Of a stretch of DNA of 64,000 bases, positions 1 through 13,360 are shown piece after piece. The translations under genes were made by a program, and so were the position numbers. The stretch spans positions 25,330,395 through 25,394,394 of the forward strand of contig NC_068999.1 of the NCBI RefSeq assembly GCF_001194135.2. The letters run 5' to 3'. The notes below the pieces were generated by a model, which ran no database searches, was not told the origin of the DNA, and was given only the letters and a program-made list of their open reading frames with translations. Every line of letters begins with the position of its first letter. The first letter of the stretch is position 1. This DNA comes from Octopus bimaculoides (taxonomy: Eukaryota).

Positions 1-195
1 GCCTCATCACTAAAATGCTTTGAACCATCTAATCCACTTCAACTTGGGTCAAGTATTAGGATAGCATTACTGAAAATTTCAAGTATCAAGTGTAACAGAT
101 GTACCCCAGTATAAAAAGGGGGGAAATTTACAATGGAGCCCTCATTAGCAATCAGAGGAACACTTTTGAAATTGTTTGGTTTAAATTATCTGTTA

Positions 196-196
<1 letters not shown>

Positions 197-224
<28 letters not shown>
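197..224. repeat. (TG)n microsatellite
   Basis: Direct dinucleotide run. Confidence 0.95.
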
Positions 225-226
<2 letters not shown>

Positions 227-754
227 TAAGTGTGCATGTGTATGTTACTATACCTATATGTAAATACACATACATGTATCCAGAGAAGGAGTTGGAAATG
301 TACTTAGAACCTTTAAATAAGGTATATTTACATTTACTTTCACTTAACCAGTTTCATAATACCATGATTTTCAAAAGTAGTGTGAAACAGAGTTAGCTGG
401 TGTTATATCTGTGTGGAAAAGAACTTGACTGACTCTCATTCAATGCCATATGGCCAAATGATAAGAAAAAAAAGTTCACTTTGCAACCACAAGGTCTCAG
501 TTTTGATCCCACTGCATGGCATCTTGCACATGTCATTCTCTGTTGTCTCCAGTCACCCCATATTGTAAAAGGGAAACCAAGTGCACAAAAAGTGTTTAGA
601 AACCCATCAGATGGATTATGCCTGTAATTCAAATGTACAGCCTTAACACTCAGTCATTCTGCCTAAAAATCACAAGAAGGATGTTCAGCTACTTATACAT
701 TGATTCAATGAATAAATAGTTCAGTATAATTAATCAACTGAGGCTACATCGTTG

Positions 755-1027
755 AGCATACATACATGCATACATGCCTGCATACATGTATGCATGCATA
801 CATACATACATGCTTGCATACATACATGCATACACACATGCATATATGTATATATGCATACATAGATATGTACATGTATGCATGCATACACACAAAGAAA
901 CACATACACACACAGATACATATTAATAAACACACACACAAAGAAACATACATGCAAACACACACACAAATACATATACACACACACACACACACAAAGA
1001 CATCTTCATACAAACACACATACATAC
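755..1027. repeat. Compound (ACAT)n/(CA)n microsatellite
   Basis: Direct; explains the overlapping MCVCVY/HTHT ORFs at 730-1050. Confidence 0.95.
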
Positions 1028-1247
1028 AGGATTTGACCAAAAAGAACTGAACTTTAAAATCAATGCACCAGCCAGCCAGTGCAGCATGGTTGAAACTCCA
1101 GAGCTATATGTAGGCAGCCTTGTTCTACAGTCTAATAATAATTACATCACATCACATTCATTCGTCATCAAGCTATACGTGACAGAGTGAATACATGCCT
1201 CATTATGTGGTGATTTATTGCATATTGAACAATAATTGATTTGGGTG

Positions 1248-1390
1248 GTCAGCATTGTGTAGAATTCTGTTTCAAATTGAGAGATGACATTGCAAGAGGC
1301 CTATGAGGATGATTATTTGGGAAGTATACAAAGCTAAGATTGGTGCCAGCATTTCAGATTGGGAAGCACAGCCATTGAAGGCTTGTCTCA
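1248..1390 (+). mobile_element. Mariner transposase N-terminal (HTH) relic
   Basis: Reads QHCVEFCFKL, then after a frameshift LQEAYEDDYLGSIQS*DWCQHFRLGSTAIE. Resembles the mariner QRxCIKFCxKL...LQEAYG...W...F..G region. Confidence 0.6.
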
Positions 1391-1693
1391 TATTGTAAAA
1401 GTGGTTGTTGTGAGTTGTGAAGAATCATAGATTTGACTGTCAGTGAACTTTTTAAAGAACTAAACAACTACAATCACTCCCTATTTCAATAAAATACCTA
1501 TTTATTTTGCTTTCATCCTTTGGAATGACACAAACCTTGCTAATATTAATTTTCTATTCACTGTGTCTATGAATATATATATTTTTTTCTTTAGCTCAAT
1601 TCAATGAGAAAGGTTCTTAGCAATGGCCTGTATGCTACAAGGAGCAACCAAATTTCTTTTGAATCACTCAGTCTTAACAAATTATGTAGTCTT

Positions 1694-1732
<39 letters not shown>

Positions 1733-2914
1733 CTGAAAAAAGATCAAGGTGGTCACTGCAAGAGCATTTATAGGCATCGTGCTCCCATCTTGGTCATGAC
1801 GGCTAAAATAAACTAAAGTATGCCCACTAATGTCAACTTTACTATGAAGAACTAAAGATCTTCATAATATTGATCTGAAGCTAAATAATAAATTATATAT
1901 TCCTAGAAATAGTATGTCACTAATATACTATATTTCTTAATGACTATATAAACTTTTTTCTCTATTATAAAATGCAATTTTAACAAGCATGAATTATCAT
2001 CAAACAGGAATTATTGCCAAACAAACAACTGTTAATATATATCGCAGCAATATAAAATTTGTGTAAATTAGATCATTTATTGATAGTCTAAAAGTTAAAT
2101 AATTTTTACAAGGAAATGATAACATAACTTAGTTGGTAGAATAGTCGTTCAAGAAAGCAGCATCTTTATAATAAGTCTTCGATACACAATGAATAGGGAT
2201 TGCTTATATTTTTATATGAACACAGTTTGCTTAGAGTGATGTCTGGGCGAAATGCGAGCTGTTGTTCCTTCTTGTAAACAAGACCATTAAAACAGACTCT
2301 CATATGTCAAAGAATGCATTAGTGTCTAATTTCCATATGTGGCAAGCTGACTTAGTGACTAACAGAAAATCTGGAAGATGAAGCTGTTGAAACTCTTCGT
2401 TCTCACACCTACACAAAAACTGATAAAAATCTTCTAAGTAGGTTGATTTGAGGCTACAAGTCCTAACCTCCCTCATTGCAAGTTAACAACAGAACTGGCT
2501 AGTATTTGTTTCAAGAGGTGAATATTGCCACCCAAATCTCATCTGGTTATTACAGGAATTTTTGTTAAAAGCATTAAAATTAATAAGTGCCTTAATTAGA
2601 GTAGATAGAAAGAAATACCAGCCTCCGGGCAACCATCCAGAGAATGGTGTTTGTGCTAACTGGTGACAACTTGTGTCTGAGACAAAGTCTTAAAAGATAC
2701 TGAGTCAGTCTAAATTTGTGAGCTATGCTATTTGTTACAATGATCAAGTTGTTCTTCATCTATAGATGCTTTAAGATAGAATTATAGATTGTTCTATCTA
2801 AACCCAGGAAATGTATAATAATGGTTGTACAAAGTTACTATGAGAGATAGAAATACCATTTTGATTCTTGCATGTTCTTCATTTTATGGTGGAAGTATGA
2901 GACAAAAATCAGTA

Positions 2915-3299
2915 CAGTAATCCCTCAACTATCATGAGTGTTACGTTCCCAAACCTCCCATGATAGGTGAAAATCCACGAAGTAGAAACGGTATTGTATT
3001 GTATATTTTTAAAAAATTTTATAATTTGTTTATATTTATTTCATTATAAATGCAAAACAACACCACACACTTGCCTCCCAAGTTTCATTTACCATAGAGT
3101 ATGTACTATTTTTTTTTTACTCATCTACGGTACACTATGTATTTTCTTTTAATATATTTTAGTTAATGTGTTATACAGTGCAGTACTGTACTTTTTATTT
3201 ATTAATTTTAAGGCATGAAAATGCTTATTTTATCACAGAAAGAATTAAAATCTAAAAAAATATAAATACCTATTGGCCGCAGAAACCTGCAATATACTG
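2915..3299. mobile_element. Tigger/pogo-like non-autonomous element (degenerate)
   Basis: Starts TA|CAGTAATCCCTC and ends ...GCAATATACTG; CAGTA/TACTG termini, AT-rich interior. Confidence 0.4.
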
Positions 3300-3656
3300 A
3301 GGAGGCCATGAGGTAAATTTACATCTGTGATGTACTGATGGCACGATATGTGAATCATGGTATGGCGAGTGATTACTGTACTTCAACATTTGAAAATTAG
3401 GCAAAATCAAGTGATTCAGTAAACTTTGTGATAAAAGGTTCAAACAAGGTTGTCTTGACAAAAGAATGATTAAGACAGGAAGTAGATGGGATGATCAAAA
3501 TGAAAGGACAATTTTGAGAATGAGGTAAGGAATGTACGAACGGAGGACTAAGAGTTGGTTGGTGTGATGTGCATGTACAAGCACACACATACATACAAAC
3601 ATACACACACACATACACACACACACATTGTATTTACATCCATTATAAAAGGAATT

Positions 3657-3875
3657 AAGGCAGCAAAGTGGCTGAATCGTTAGAGCATCAGGAAAAAAAT
3701 TGCCATTTAGCACTTGTTCTGGTACTCTAAGTTCAAAATTCTGCTGAAGTCAACTTTGCTTTTCATCGTTCCAGGGATGGTAAGATAAAGTAACAGTCAA
3801 GTACTGGATCGATGAAATTGCCTCTCCCCATCCCCTTAAAATAACTGGCCTTGTTTGTGCCTCTATCAAATACCA
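3657..3875 (+). mobile_element. tRNA-derived SINE with Meta-like central domain, CpG-decayed
   Basis: Homologous by eye to the copies at 14881-15088 and 15139-15275 (GTCAACTTTGCTTTTCATC...AAAGTAACAG). Confidence 0.7.
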
Positions 3876-4170
3876 TAATTATTAGAAACATTAGAGAAAT
3901 ATCAAGAGGTCATTGCTTAACACCTTTTCTTTTTTATCTTTTCTTCCTTTTACTCTGGATTGTGACCATGCTGGGGCACCACCCTTTAAGATTTTAGTTA
4001 AACAAATCAACCGTTTTTTGTTTTAAAGCCTTGTACTTATTCTTTTGGTCAACTAAATTAATTTCTCATTGCCAACAACTGACAAGTCAACTTAACCATG
4101 GTAGCATGTATTACATCATATCATACATTTTATGCAACTACTGATTTTGAAAAATTTAGCATGTCATGTA

Positions 4171-4730
4171 TGAGGTCTGATTAAAAAGTGTCAGGACTGT
4201 TGTTATGGTAACAGAGTTAAAGTACAAAGAGTGAAGCCATTAGACACAGATTGACTTTGAACTCAGTTGTATAACCAAGTTATAACATTCTTACTGACTT
4301 CTGTTATTTATAGCAGTACTTGTAAGTAAAGCGTGTAGAGTGTGGTCATCTCAAAGAGAAAATTGGGCGTCAACCATGGAAGATCTTCTTGATTGTGTCA
4401 AGGGAGATGAAAACTTTTTGAGAACAGTCAGGACAGCTGATGAATCATGGGCCTATGGCTATGACCCTGAAACCAAGGCAAAAGTAAAAGCCAGCTTGAA
4501 AAGAACAAGATTTCAACATGCTGAGGAAATTCAAGAGGATGCGACAAGGCAACTGCTTCCTATCCTAAAAAAATGGAGTTCCAGGAATGCTTCTGTCAGT
4601 GGAAACAATGCTGAATAGAGTGTGTAACTTCGGAAGGGGACTGCTTCAAATGAAATTAAATGTTGAATCGATATATGTTGTAGTTTTCTTTTTATACCAC
4701 CAGTCATGATATTTTTTCATCAGACCTATG
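4171..4730 (+). mobile_element. Internally deleted mariner (DD34D family) element
   Basis: Imperfect TIRs (TA|TGAGGTCTGATTAAAAAGTGTCAGGACTG versus CAGTCATGATATTTTTTCATCAGACCT). ORF 4340-4618 has TADESWAYGYDPETK fused to KRTRFQHAEEIQ. Confidence 0.8.
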
Positions 4731-5023
4731 ACAACTTACAAGGAAAACATGAGCTGTGTATATGACATTTTATGACATTAGAGATCCCCCCCACCCCATT
4801 TCATCCCCCAACCTTTTAAAAACGTTATGCATTAAAAGAAAGTTATGCATTATGACAGAGTCACTAAATGAAACTGAACTTTCAAAAAATTAAGGTTAGC
4901 ATTAACATACTTAATAAAATTTTAATTTAAAATTATTCCCACATCTAGTAGAAAGAATCAGATATTCAATTCTTGTCAAGGAAGGCAGGGGAGACAACCG
5001 TGAAATTTGATTATAGAAATCAT

Positions 5024-5320
5024 TCATCATCATCATCCTCGTCGTTTAACGTCCGCTTTCCATGCTGGCATGGGTTGGACGATTTGTCTGAGGACTGGTG
5101 AACCAGATGGCTACACCAGGCTCCAATCTAATCTGGCAGAGTTTCTACAGATGGATGCCCTTCATAACGCCAACGACTGCGAGAGTGTAGTGGGTGCTTT
5201 TACGTGCCACCGGCACGAGGGCCAATCAGGCGGTACAGGCAACGGCCACGATCAAATGGCGTTTTTACGTGCCACCTGTACAGGAGCCAGCCCAGCGGCA
5301 CTGGCAACGATCACGCTCGA
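5024..5320 (-). mobile_element. RTE-type LINE/SINE 3' end with (GAT)n tail
   Basis: Reverse complement closely matches 30654-30899; the tail appears as (CAT)n at about 5024-5037. Confidence 0.85.
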
Positions 5321-7886
5321 ATTCATATATAATTTTTTAAAATTGGGGGGTGGGTGAGGGGTATATATGTTACAAACTTCAATATAAAAAGTTATGAAAA
5401 CTTTTTTTGCAGCCTTGTTCCATGAGAAGAAATACGAAAACAGTGTTGCATACTAACGAATCGTATGGTCATGAATTTGGCTATTGTTGAACTGGAGTGG
5501 AATTTTTTCAAAGTACACATGTTTTTAAATGACACTAATGGCACTTGTATTGTAATATGAAAGATATATTCAATTTTGAGTTGATTTCTGCTAGTAGGAG
5601 AGATGAAAGAAATAAAAGTACAGTCAATCATTTTCATATTCCTCCGTCATTCTAATTACTTGCTCGTCATTTATAAAACGAGGAGTTACAATGAGTGAAT
5701 AAATAGATCAAATGTTTGAAATTTGTCAGAAACGTCATGAATTCGAATTTCTTCCGTTGCTCTCTCATACATCTAATAGAGATCTTCATTGGAATAGAAA
5801 GCAGGTAATACGGCGGAGGTATTTATGGTTATTCTTGGATCACTCTAAGTCGGCTCTGATCGATCAGATCTATGATCAAAGCTATTTCAGCTAACCACCC
5901 GACTTTTTTATTTGAACAGAGCACTCCAGACTACATTATTTAATGTATTCGTTTCAGGCAGATGAGATGATGTAATCTGGGGGAAATTTGGCTCTGCTTT
6001 TAGCAGAACAAGCGATAGCACAAATATTCCATCAGTATGATTGTCGGTGCCGAGATTAAGGTTTTGATAGGAGAACAGAATAGAATAAACCAGAAATGAG
6101 AAACCATTATTCACATTTGTTGCTGAATCAGAATTATTCCGCGTTGCTGTGTAATTCAGTGATAGCATCTACTGCAAGAGCATTTTTTCTTATCTGAAGG
6201 TAATTGCTAAGGTCACTTACATAAATTATCTATGCGCTGTTATATATAAACAATATCTTGATTCATTTCCAAACAAGTTTATAGAGTACATTTTACTGTT
6301 AAGATTCGTTATGTGAATCTCATAATGAGATATTCGTAAGTGTTGATGTAATGCTTATTTATTTATTTATCTTACTTTTCAATAACAGAAAATGAAAAGC
6401 TGGCCAGTTGGTAAAAATGCCAGAGTTCTAGATTAAAAACAATACAGTATTTAACCTTATCCTACCTTTCTGAGATTGATAAAATAAGCCGTAATAAATA
6501 CATTTGTGTTGATTAAATTAACGATGCCCCCTACTTCGAGAAATTTTACCTTCTTTCCAATGAAAAGAAATCTTATAATGAATTACTTTCTCAGGTAGAA
6601 ACTGTTTGCATAGCTAATTTAAACAAGAGAAATACGCTTAAGAAGCTCGAGTTAAATCCTTCCCTATTTCCAAACAGGAGTATATCTTTCCGATTACTAA
6701 GCTGGTGATTACAATCTGGTTATTTTTTTCCCGCTCTAATTCCTTAGTTCAAATTGAACACTTCTGTTAGACTTGTTATAATCGTGGTAAGGCTACTGGA
6801 AATAGTTAAACATGATTCCTATAACAGAAAGTCCACACAAGTTCACTTTACGATCATCCTTTGTAATGAAATTTAAACCACTCTCAATTTGATTAGAATT
6901 ATAAGTGTCAAGGAACTTCTCAATTATTAGTCGATTCAGCGCAACTTGAATCGAGCCACCAAGATTATATTTGGACCAAGAAGGAGAGAGAGAGGGGGGA
7001 GGAAAGGAATGAGGGGGAGGAAAGGAATGAGGGGGAGGAAAGAGAAAAGGAAATTAAAAAGAAGACCATAAAAAGGAAGAATGCCGAAAAGAAAAACAGG
7101 AGGCGTAGATGTACGAGTGCAGTACGATTAAATGGATGAGAGATGGATAGAATATCAAGACAAAGAGATAAGTGGATGAGAGAGAAAGAAGGAAAAACAT
7201 ATAAACATAATGATTAAAGTAAGCAAAAAAAAAAAAAGGAGAAAGTGACGTCCTTTGTTTAAGACATTAAAACAGTAGATAAGGAGCTAGTTCCTGTAAG
7301 TAGAACTTGACCCTGGTTCATAGGGGTTTATAAACACCAGAAACAACCACTTTCATTACAGCTAATTGTTAGCAGTAAAGTAGGGGAATGTACTACACAA
7401 TAAACAGGGAAAAGCTGTCTGGCACTGTAACAACTGTTGTAATTCAATGTTATATTGTTCAAAGCCATGTGTGTATAAACCATTGAATGCAGGCCTTGGG
7501 AACAGGTATATAGGTCGAAGGCTTGGTTATTCTACCACGTGTGTATACCTTTCCAGTACATTTTTTTATGCGTGCAAGGCAGGAAATAATTTTCCCATAT
7601 TTTATGAATAAATTTTATATAAATATTCGCAGTTTTCTGGCTAAGCATATATCATACTGTTTCATCTGATATTGAAATGCATCAAAATATTGCTGTGTCT
7701 CGTATTACAATCACACTGATATTTTGAATACATATGGTCGATGGATACAATTGCTTGGATGCATGAGAGAGAGAAGAGAGAGAGCGCGTTTGTGTGACAT
7801 TCATGGTTTTCTCGAGAACATCAACAAGTTAAATTAAACTAACAGCTTCAACCGGAAACTGAAAACTGATCATAAACTCAGCTCAC

Positions 7887-7917
7887 CAGTGAATTTGGGT
7901 TTACAATCTCTTACATT
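7887..7917 (-). other. Candidate 31-nt exon of a leftward transcript
   Basis: gccctcctttcag|AATGTAAGAGATTGTAAACCCAAATTCACTG|gtgagc; one open frame, NVRDCKPKFT. No homology recognised. Confidence 0.3.
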
Positions 7918-8049
7918 CTGAAAGGAGGGCAATAGTCCCTATTCTGTATCTCAAATAACTCCACAACTTATTTATAATTATGTTAAACAAACACTATGCA
8001 GGAATTTTAAGATAAACAAAACAACTAAAGTTGATGTGAAAAATTACGC

Positions 8050-8089
<40 letters not shown>

Positions 8090-9729
8090 AGAGTAGTAGT
8101 AGTTCTAATTTTTGTCGTTATGATGAGGGACAAGAAAAAGAACAAGAAAGATTAATCAATTCTAATATCATCATCTTTATTTACTATAATCACACGATAC
8201 ATCATACTAGACAATAGACTTTCACCTTAATAGATTTTCCATACGCAAATATTTTGCTGCATCGACGTTACTTATATCTTTTGCATGTAACGAGTAAAAA
8301 ACTACTGCTGAAGCATCTAATTCCATGTAATTTTTACAAATGATTCGAGAACTATCTAACCAGATACGCATTACACTTGTCAATTAGCCTTCTATAGACA
8401 GTTGCCGATGGATGTCACTAGAGTGAACCGTTTGAAAATTCAACCTTTATATCATGTCACTAACATCTTATTATGGCCTTACATTCAAACTTCCACTCTG
8501 TCTAGTGATGAAACGAGGAGATGCCGACCTTAACTGTTAGTTGAGTAATTGTAGAAATAACAAGGGTTATAGAAGCTTGGAGTGATAGGCCTATCTTTTC
8601 AGTGGCCGAGGTGACAAGGACTGAAGTTACTTGTTAGGCAATCTATAGTGATGTCATATAATACAATAAGATTGTGAGACCTTGCTCATTTTCAGGCTTC
8701 GTAGCAATTTAATCAACATGAAGTGCAGCAGTTCAAAACGAACCTTAATTTTTGACCAGATAAAGTTAACTATATAATCTGTGCCTTCGTTAAATAAGTT
8801 AAGGAACAAGGCTAAGTTTCAGTGTTGATGTTTGTTAGGTTTTAGAGTTTGTATCTGGCATTGTGCTTTGAAAGCTACTTAGAAGCAAAATTTATTTGGT
8901 GACAGAGAAACAAGAGCAAAAAAGAAATTTAGGAAATAGATTTCCTTTCGTTTCGCCAATGAATATTCCAACTGAACCACCTGAAATGCCTGTTCATTTA
9001 ATTAGTGTAACTGGTTGAGTTTTCCACAAACACATCCTAAATTTTAGTTCTCAAATAAGATCAGCGTGGTTCATTGTGATAAGACTGCGCTTTTGAATTA
9101 CAAATATAATGCATTTGACAGGTTCCCGTATAGTTTCCGTCAGCTTAATTTCATTCAAAGGTTTGAATCAAAGACACTTGATCAAGATGTCAAGCAGTGA
9201 GATCGAACCTGAAACCTATGATTGCAAAGTGAACTTCTAAGCCATTCAGCCATGCTATGCATATAATGATTTAGCAGGAAATTCTCATTGGTTAGAAAGG
9301 ACAGAGATACTAGATGTAATTCTTCTCTGACATGAGATTGCATCGTTAAGCCCAAATCAGCACTGATTGAGAAAATGTATAATAAATAGCACTCCAACCG
9401 CGACTGTCGTGTCTTTATCTTGACCTATGGCCACATTTTTCAATGTGTTCGCATTTTACGGAGGTACGGTTTTTACATGAGGGAGATTTGATTGCTTGTA
9501 GTAGCTCTCTGCCTAGATTTAAACCACTTTGCTCAGATCCCCAGTTTAGAATAACAACCGAATTTTATTACCATAAAAGCATGACAAGCTCCTTGAGCCG
9601 AATTATATGTCCATAGATGGCATGAACATGTAGTGAAACTAACACCTCGATCGCCATTATACACAAAGAAGCCATGTTCTCTTGCCGTTATAAATGTATT
9701 CAAGATCGGCCGTAGTAGAAAACACATTT

Positions 9730-9840
9730 GCCTGGCATCACGTGACTGATTATTATTTGAAGCGGCAAATTCTTCGAACCTTTCCCGCCAGAACGCAAAC
9801 TGACCAATCACGGCCCCTAATAAGGTCACGTGATATAGTA
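9730..9840. promoter_or_regulatory. CpG-rich promoter, probably bidirectional
   Basis: E-boxes ATCACGTGAC (9737-9746) and GTCACGTGAT (9825-9834), E2F-type TTTCCCGC (9781-9788) and CCAAT (9804-9808) clustered within about 100 bp. Confidence 0.6.
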
Positions 9841-9990
9841 TTTTTCTGAAACCTTCGGGAGCCGATAATTTGCTACAAATAGACCAAATCATACCCAGCA
9901 AATTTGTCTCGGTTCAGTTTCTCTTAGAGACTGTTCCGTGTACCACACGACAGCAGCAGCAGCAATTCCAGCGACAACATCAACAGCTTC

Positions 9991-10080
9991 GCCATGAGCA
10001 ACACGAGTCTACGACTACTAACCAGCATCATCATCGCCATGACCAACACGATTCTACGACTACTACCAAGCATTCGTCTT
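9991..10080 (+). repeat. 45-bp tandem duplication in a putative 5' leader, carrying a 36-aa ORF (9994-10104)
   Basis: gccatgagcaacacgagtctacgactacta... and gccatgaccaacacgattctacgactacta... starting at 9991 and 10036. Confidence 0.8.
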
Positions 10081-11581
10081 CGCCACCAGCATCTCCAACC
10101 ATAGTCAACACGACTTCCTATGTACACCAATCCAAACCACCGCGGCACATCTCTCTCTCTCTCTTCGATTCTGTTAGGTGTTTCATTTTCACCACGATTA
10201 ATAATAGACAAGAGAATTCAGCCAGCGACGAACGTCTGTCGTCAAGAGCCCGGCTCGGCATGGAAGCTAACATCACAACTAGTGATCGCCCTGCCACACA
10301 CAGCCTCAACTTCTTTCACATACAGACTCTTCCTATTGTGTACTCAACGAACTGGTATAAATGCTCACGTGTTACTGACTATTTTTATCTGCTGTATATA
10401 ACGCATACACATACATGTATCACTCACACACACTCTTTTCTTTGTACGACGGCCGGTCTTTTATTATGTTTTTATATGTCGCATTCACACTCACACACAG
10501 ACATACATCTTTAACGCCACAATAAATAATTCTGTTATTCATCTTATACGGTTGTGTTCAATATCGTCTCTTCATTACTGGTATTTACGAATTCACTAAT
10601 GTTATCGTAGTATAACATTATTTGTATATCATCTTTGATATATAATTTTGTGTTCGACCGTGTGACGCGTTTAAAATAAAAGGAGTCTTCCTGTTTTTCC
10701 ATTCGTCACCATTTCTCCTTTTTGAGTTCGCACGGTCGTCCTTACAAACACCTACATAAATGTTTATCTGTATCGGCTAACACGTAACAATTAGTGGCGG
10801 TGACATTAAGATAAAGTTATGTAAATTCTTGCTTAATTGTATTTCCGAAGGTTCTAGAAGTTTAGTTCAGGGTTGTAAGATGTTGGCGTTTTGAACCTTC
10901 AAGTAGAGTCATTATAGACGCTATTTGGAACTCTGTCGCTTTATTCCACGAAGTATACTCTCACTTTTTACTACTTGTTTTTGTACAAGATACTTTGTAT
11001 ACCGTGCTCAACAAAGAGTAATGACCTTTGTGCTGTAATACCAACATGCATATTTAGATACATGAAAATATTTTGTCTTTTAATTACCTGCCTTATTCTG
11101 TTTATACTTTTCAATATAATTAATTCACTTGGAGCGACGAGCTGACAGTCTTGTTAGCACAGCAGGCAAAATGCTTAGTGGCATTTCCTCCATCTGAGGA
11201 TGAAAGGCCCAATCGACTTACGGGTTGACTGTGCCTTTTATCCTTTCGGGACCGGTAAAATAAGTAAGACTTGACCCCTTCCCCGAAATTGCTGGCTTTG
11301 TGCCAAAGTTTGAAACCAATACAATTAATCCACTTGTACGTATGTACAACGTAACTGTTCGAAATAATAAATATGTGGAAATGCATATAATTTATTGTTG
11401 GATCGTAAATATCGAAGAATGCAACTTCTTACCTCTACCTCTTACTTCTTATCCTCTACCTAATTACCACCACCAACCCATCATGCTATTTCTCGCATGT
11501 TTATTGAAGGAACAAAGGTTTCAGGGCCGTTCTGTAAAAGGGTCATTACTGAAGATCTCCCTATCAAGTCGTGCGAATGTA

Positions 11582-12812
11582 TTGGGTTGGCAACTAAGTT
11601 CACGCCGTTTTTTTAAATTTTGGAATTTATTGCGTTTTTAAATTTTGGAATCTATTTTTTTAGAGAATTCTATTTTTGAATCATTTTGGAATCTATTGTT
11701 TTTTTGTTTTTTTTTTTCTTGTTAATTTTAGTTAATTTTTGTTTATTTTCAGATCATTAAAATGGAATGTCAAGTTTAGAAAAACGAGCATTTTTGACAC
11801 CTCCTTCGTTTTTGCTTTTAATCAAGATTCGAAGGCCGCAAAAGCTGCTCGCGAAATTTGTGCTGTGTATGGAGAGGGTGCCATAGCTGAAAGAACCACT
11901 CGTGATTGGTATGCCAAGTTCAAAAATGGAAATTTTGGCCCCAAAGACGCACCTCGTTCTGGCCGCCAGTTCCCTTGTCAAACGACAAGGGAACTGGCAG
12001 AGAAAATGGAATGCTCCCACACTACTATAGAGAAGCATCTTCATTCGATGGGAAAGGTTCAAAAGTATGGAGCATGGGTTCCTCATGCATTAAGTGACAA
12101 CAAAAATCAACGAGCCACAATCTCCGCTGGTTTGCTTGCTCGTCACTGCTCAACTCATGGACACAAACAACGATTTCTTTACCGCATCGTTTCTGGCGAC
12201 GAAAAATGGTGCCTGTACATCAATATGAAGCAGCGTAAGGAATGGCTTAGCCCCGGTAAACAAACGACACTGCATGAAAGAAGATCTTCATCCGCGTAAA
12301 ACGATGTTATGCGTTTGGTGAGACTGGGAAGGGATTATCCATTACAAATTGCTCGAACGGAACCAAATGGTCAACGCGAAACTATGTTCAACAGATGGAA
12401 CGACTCAACATGGCTATTCAAGAGAAAAGACCTAATCGGCAGCATGAAGTTCTTCTGCTGCACGACAACGCCAGCCCTCATATCGCCAGTATGACCAAGG
12501 AAGCCATTCAAACACATGGCTGGGAAGTGCTGCCACACCCGCCGTACTCTCCTGGTTTGGCACCAAAAGATTTCCACCTCTTTCGATCTCTTTCAAATGC
12601 TATGTGCGGAGTTTCGCTCAAAACTGATGCAGAATTGAGAGCTTGGTTGGATCAATTTTTCGAGTCGAAATCGGGTGATTTCTACCAACGAGGTATTGAA
12701 AATCTTGGGAAGAAGTTGTAAACAACAAGGGTGAATAATTATTGATTAATTATGTTATTTTTTTATTAAACCTTTAAAAAATTTTTAATTTAAAAAACGG
12801 CGGTAACTTAGT
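11582..12812 (+). mobile_element. Near full-length mariner (D,D34D) transposon with a frameshifted transposase pseudogene
   Basis: 5' TIR TA|TTGGGTTGGCAACTAAGTTCACGCCGTTTTTT; truncated 3' TIR AAAAAACGGCGGTAACTTAGT. Motifs WVPHAL, IVSGDEKW, HDNASPH and HPPYSPGLAPKDFHLFRSL are split over ORFs 11739-12299 and 12395-12721; stops near the ATG at 11762. Confidence 0.95.
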
Positions 12813-12866
12813 AATGATGGCTGAACTGGTCCAACTAAACTTATATAAGGGATTGATCACTATAAA

Positions 12867-13116
12867 CAGTGGTTCTCAACCATTTTTTTTTCTATGGACC
12901 CCCCCTTTCATTCTTATTTTACTCTGGTAGACCCTGCAGCCATTTCAAATACTCCTATTATATTTTTACAATTAAATATTATTAGGAATTGCATAAAAAA
13001 GAAATGTAAAATATTTTGTGCATTGTAAAAGAATAACCAATTTACTGCACACAAATTTAAACAAAATGTTATATGGACCCTCAAAGGCCATATAAAACCC
13101 CAGTTGAGAACCACTA
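12867..13116. mobile_element. hAT (Charlie-like) MITE
   Basis: TIR CAGTGGTTCTCAACC ... GTTGAGAACCACTA; same family as 32858-33186. Confidence 0.85.
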
Positions 13117-13129
13117 CTATGAACTGATA

Positions 13130-13360
13130 AATCAGTCAGCTTTTTCAAACCTCAGTGTTCTTCTTTTGTTCAAGATCAATCCTGGGTAGATCTATTATTA
13201 AAGGCATTCTGTCTGTGGTCACTCCTTTTCATTTCAGACGAGTCTACATTTTTCCAATGTTTCTTTGCATTTTTAAACTATAGAGTAAGATTTGACAGAC
13301 ATTTGGCTACTATTTCTAGCAAGAGGAGAGACCACGTAGAAGTTCCCTCGTTGGCTCATT
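13130..13360 (-). mobile_element. SINE copy (family also near 5830-5890, 23700-23860, 29590-29770, 31500-31600, 51880-52020)
   Basis: Shared ATTTGGCTRCTATTTCTAGC...GACCAC motif recurring across the window. Confidence 0.6.

Noticed and set aside
2150-2790. Mixed-composition stretch that looked coding on -
   Set aside because: Stops in the frames I translated and no ORF of 60 aa or more in the track; probably UTR or old TE.
9870-10514. 214-aa Q/H/T-rich ORF
   Set aside because: Alternative start codon, low complexity, runs into CA repeats, no recognisable domain; more likely a 5' UTR or first intron.
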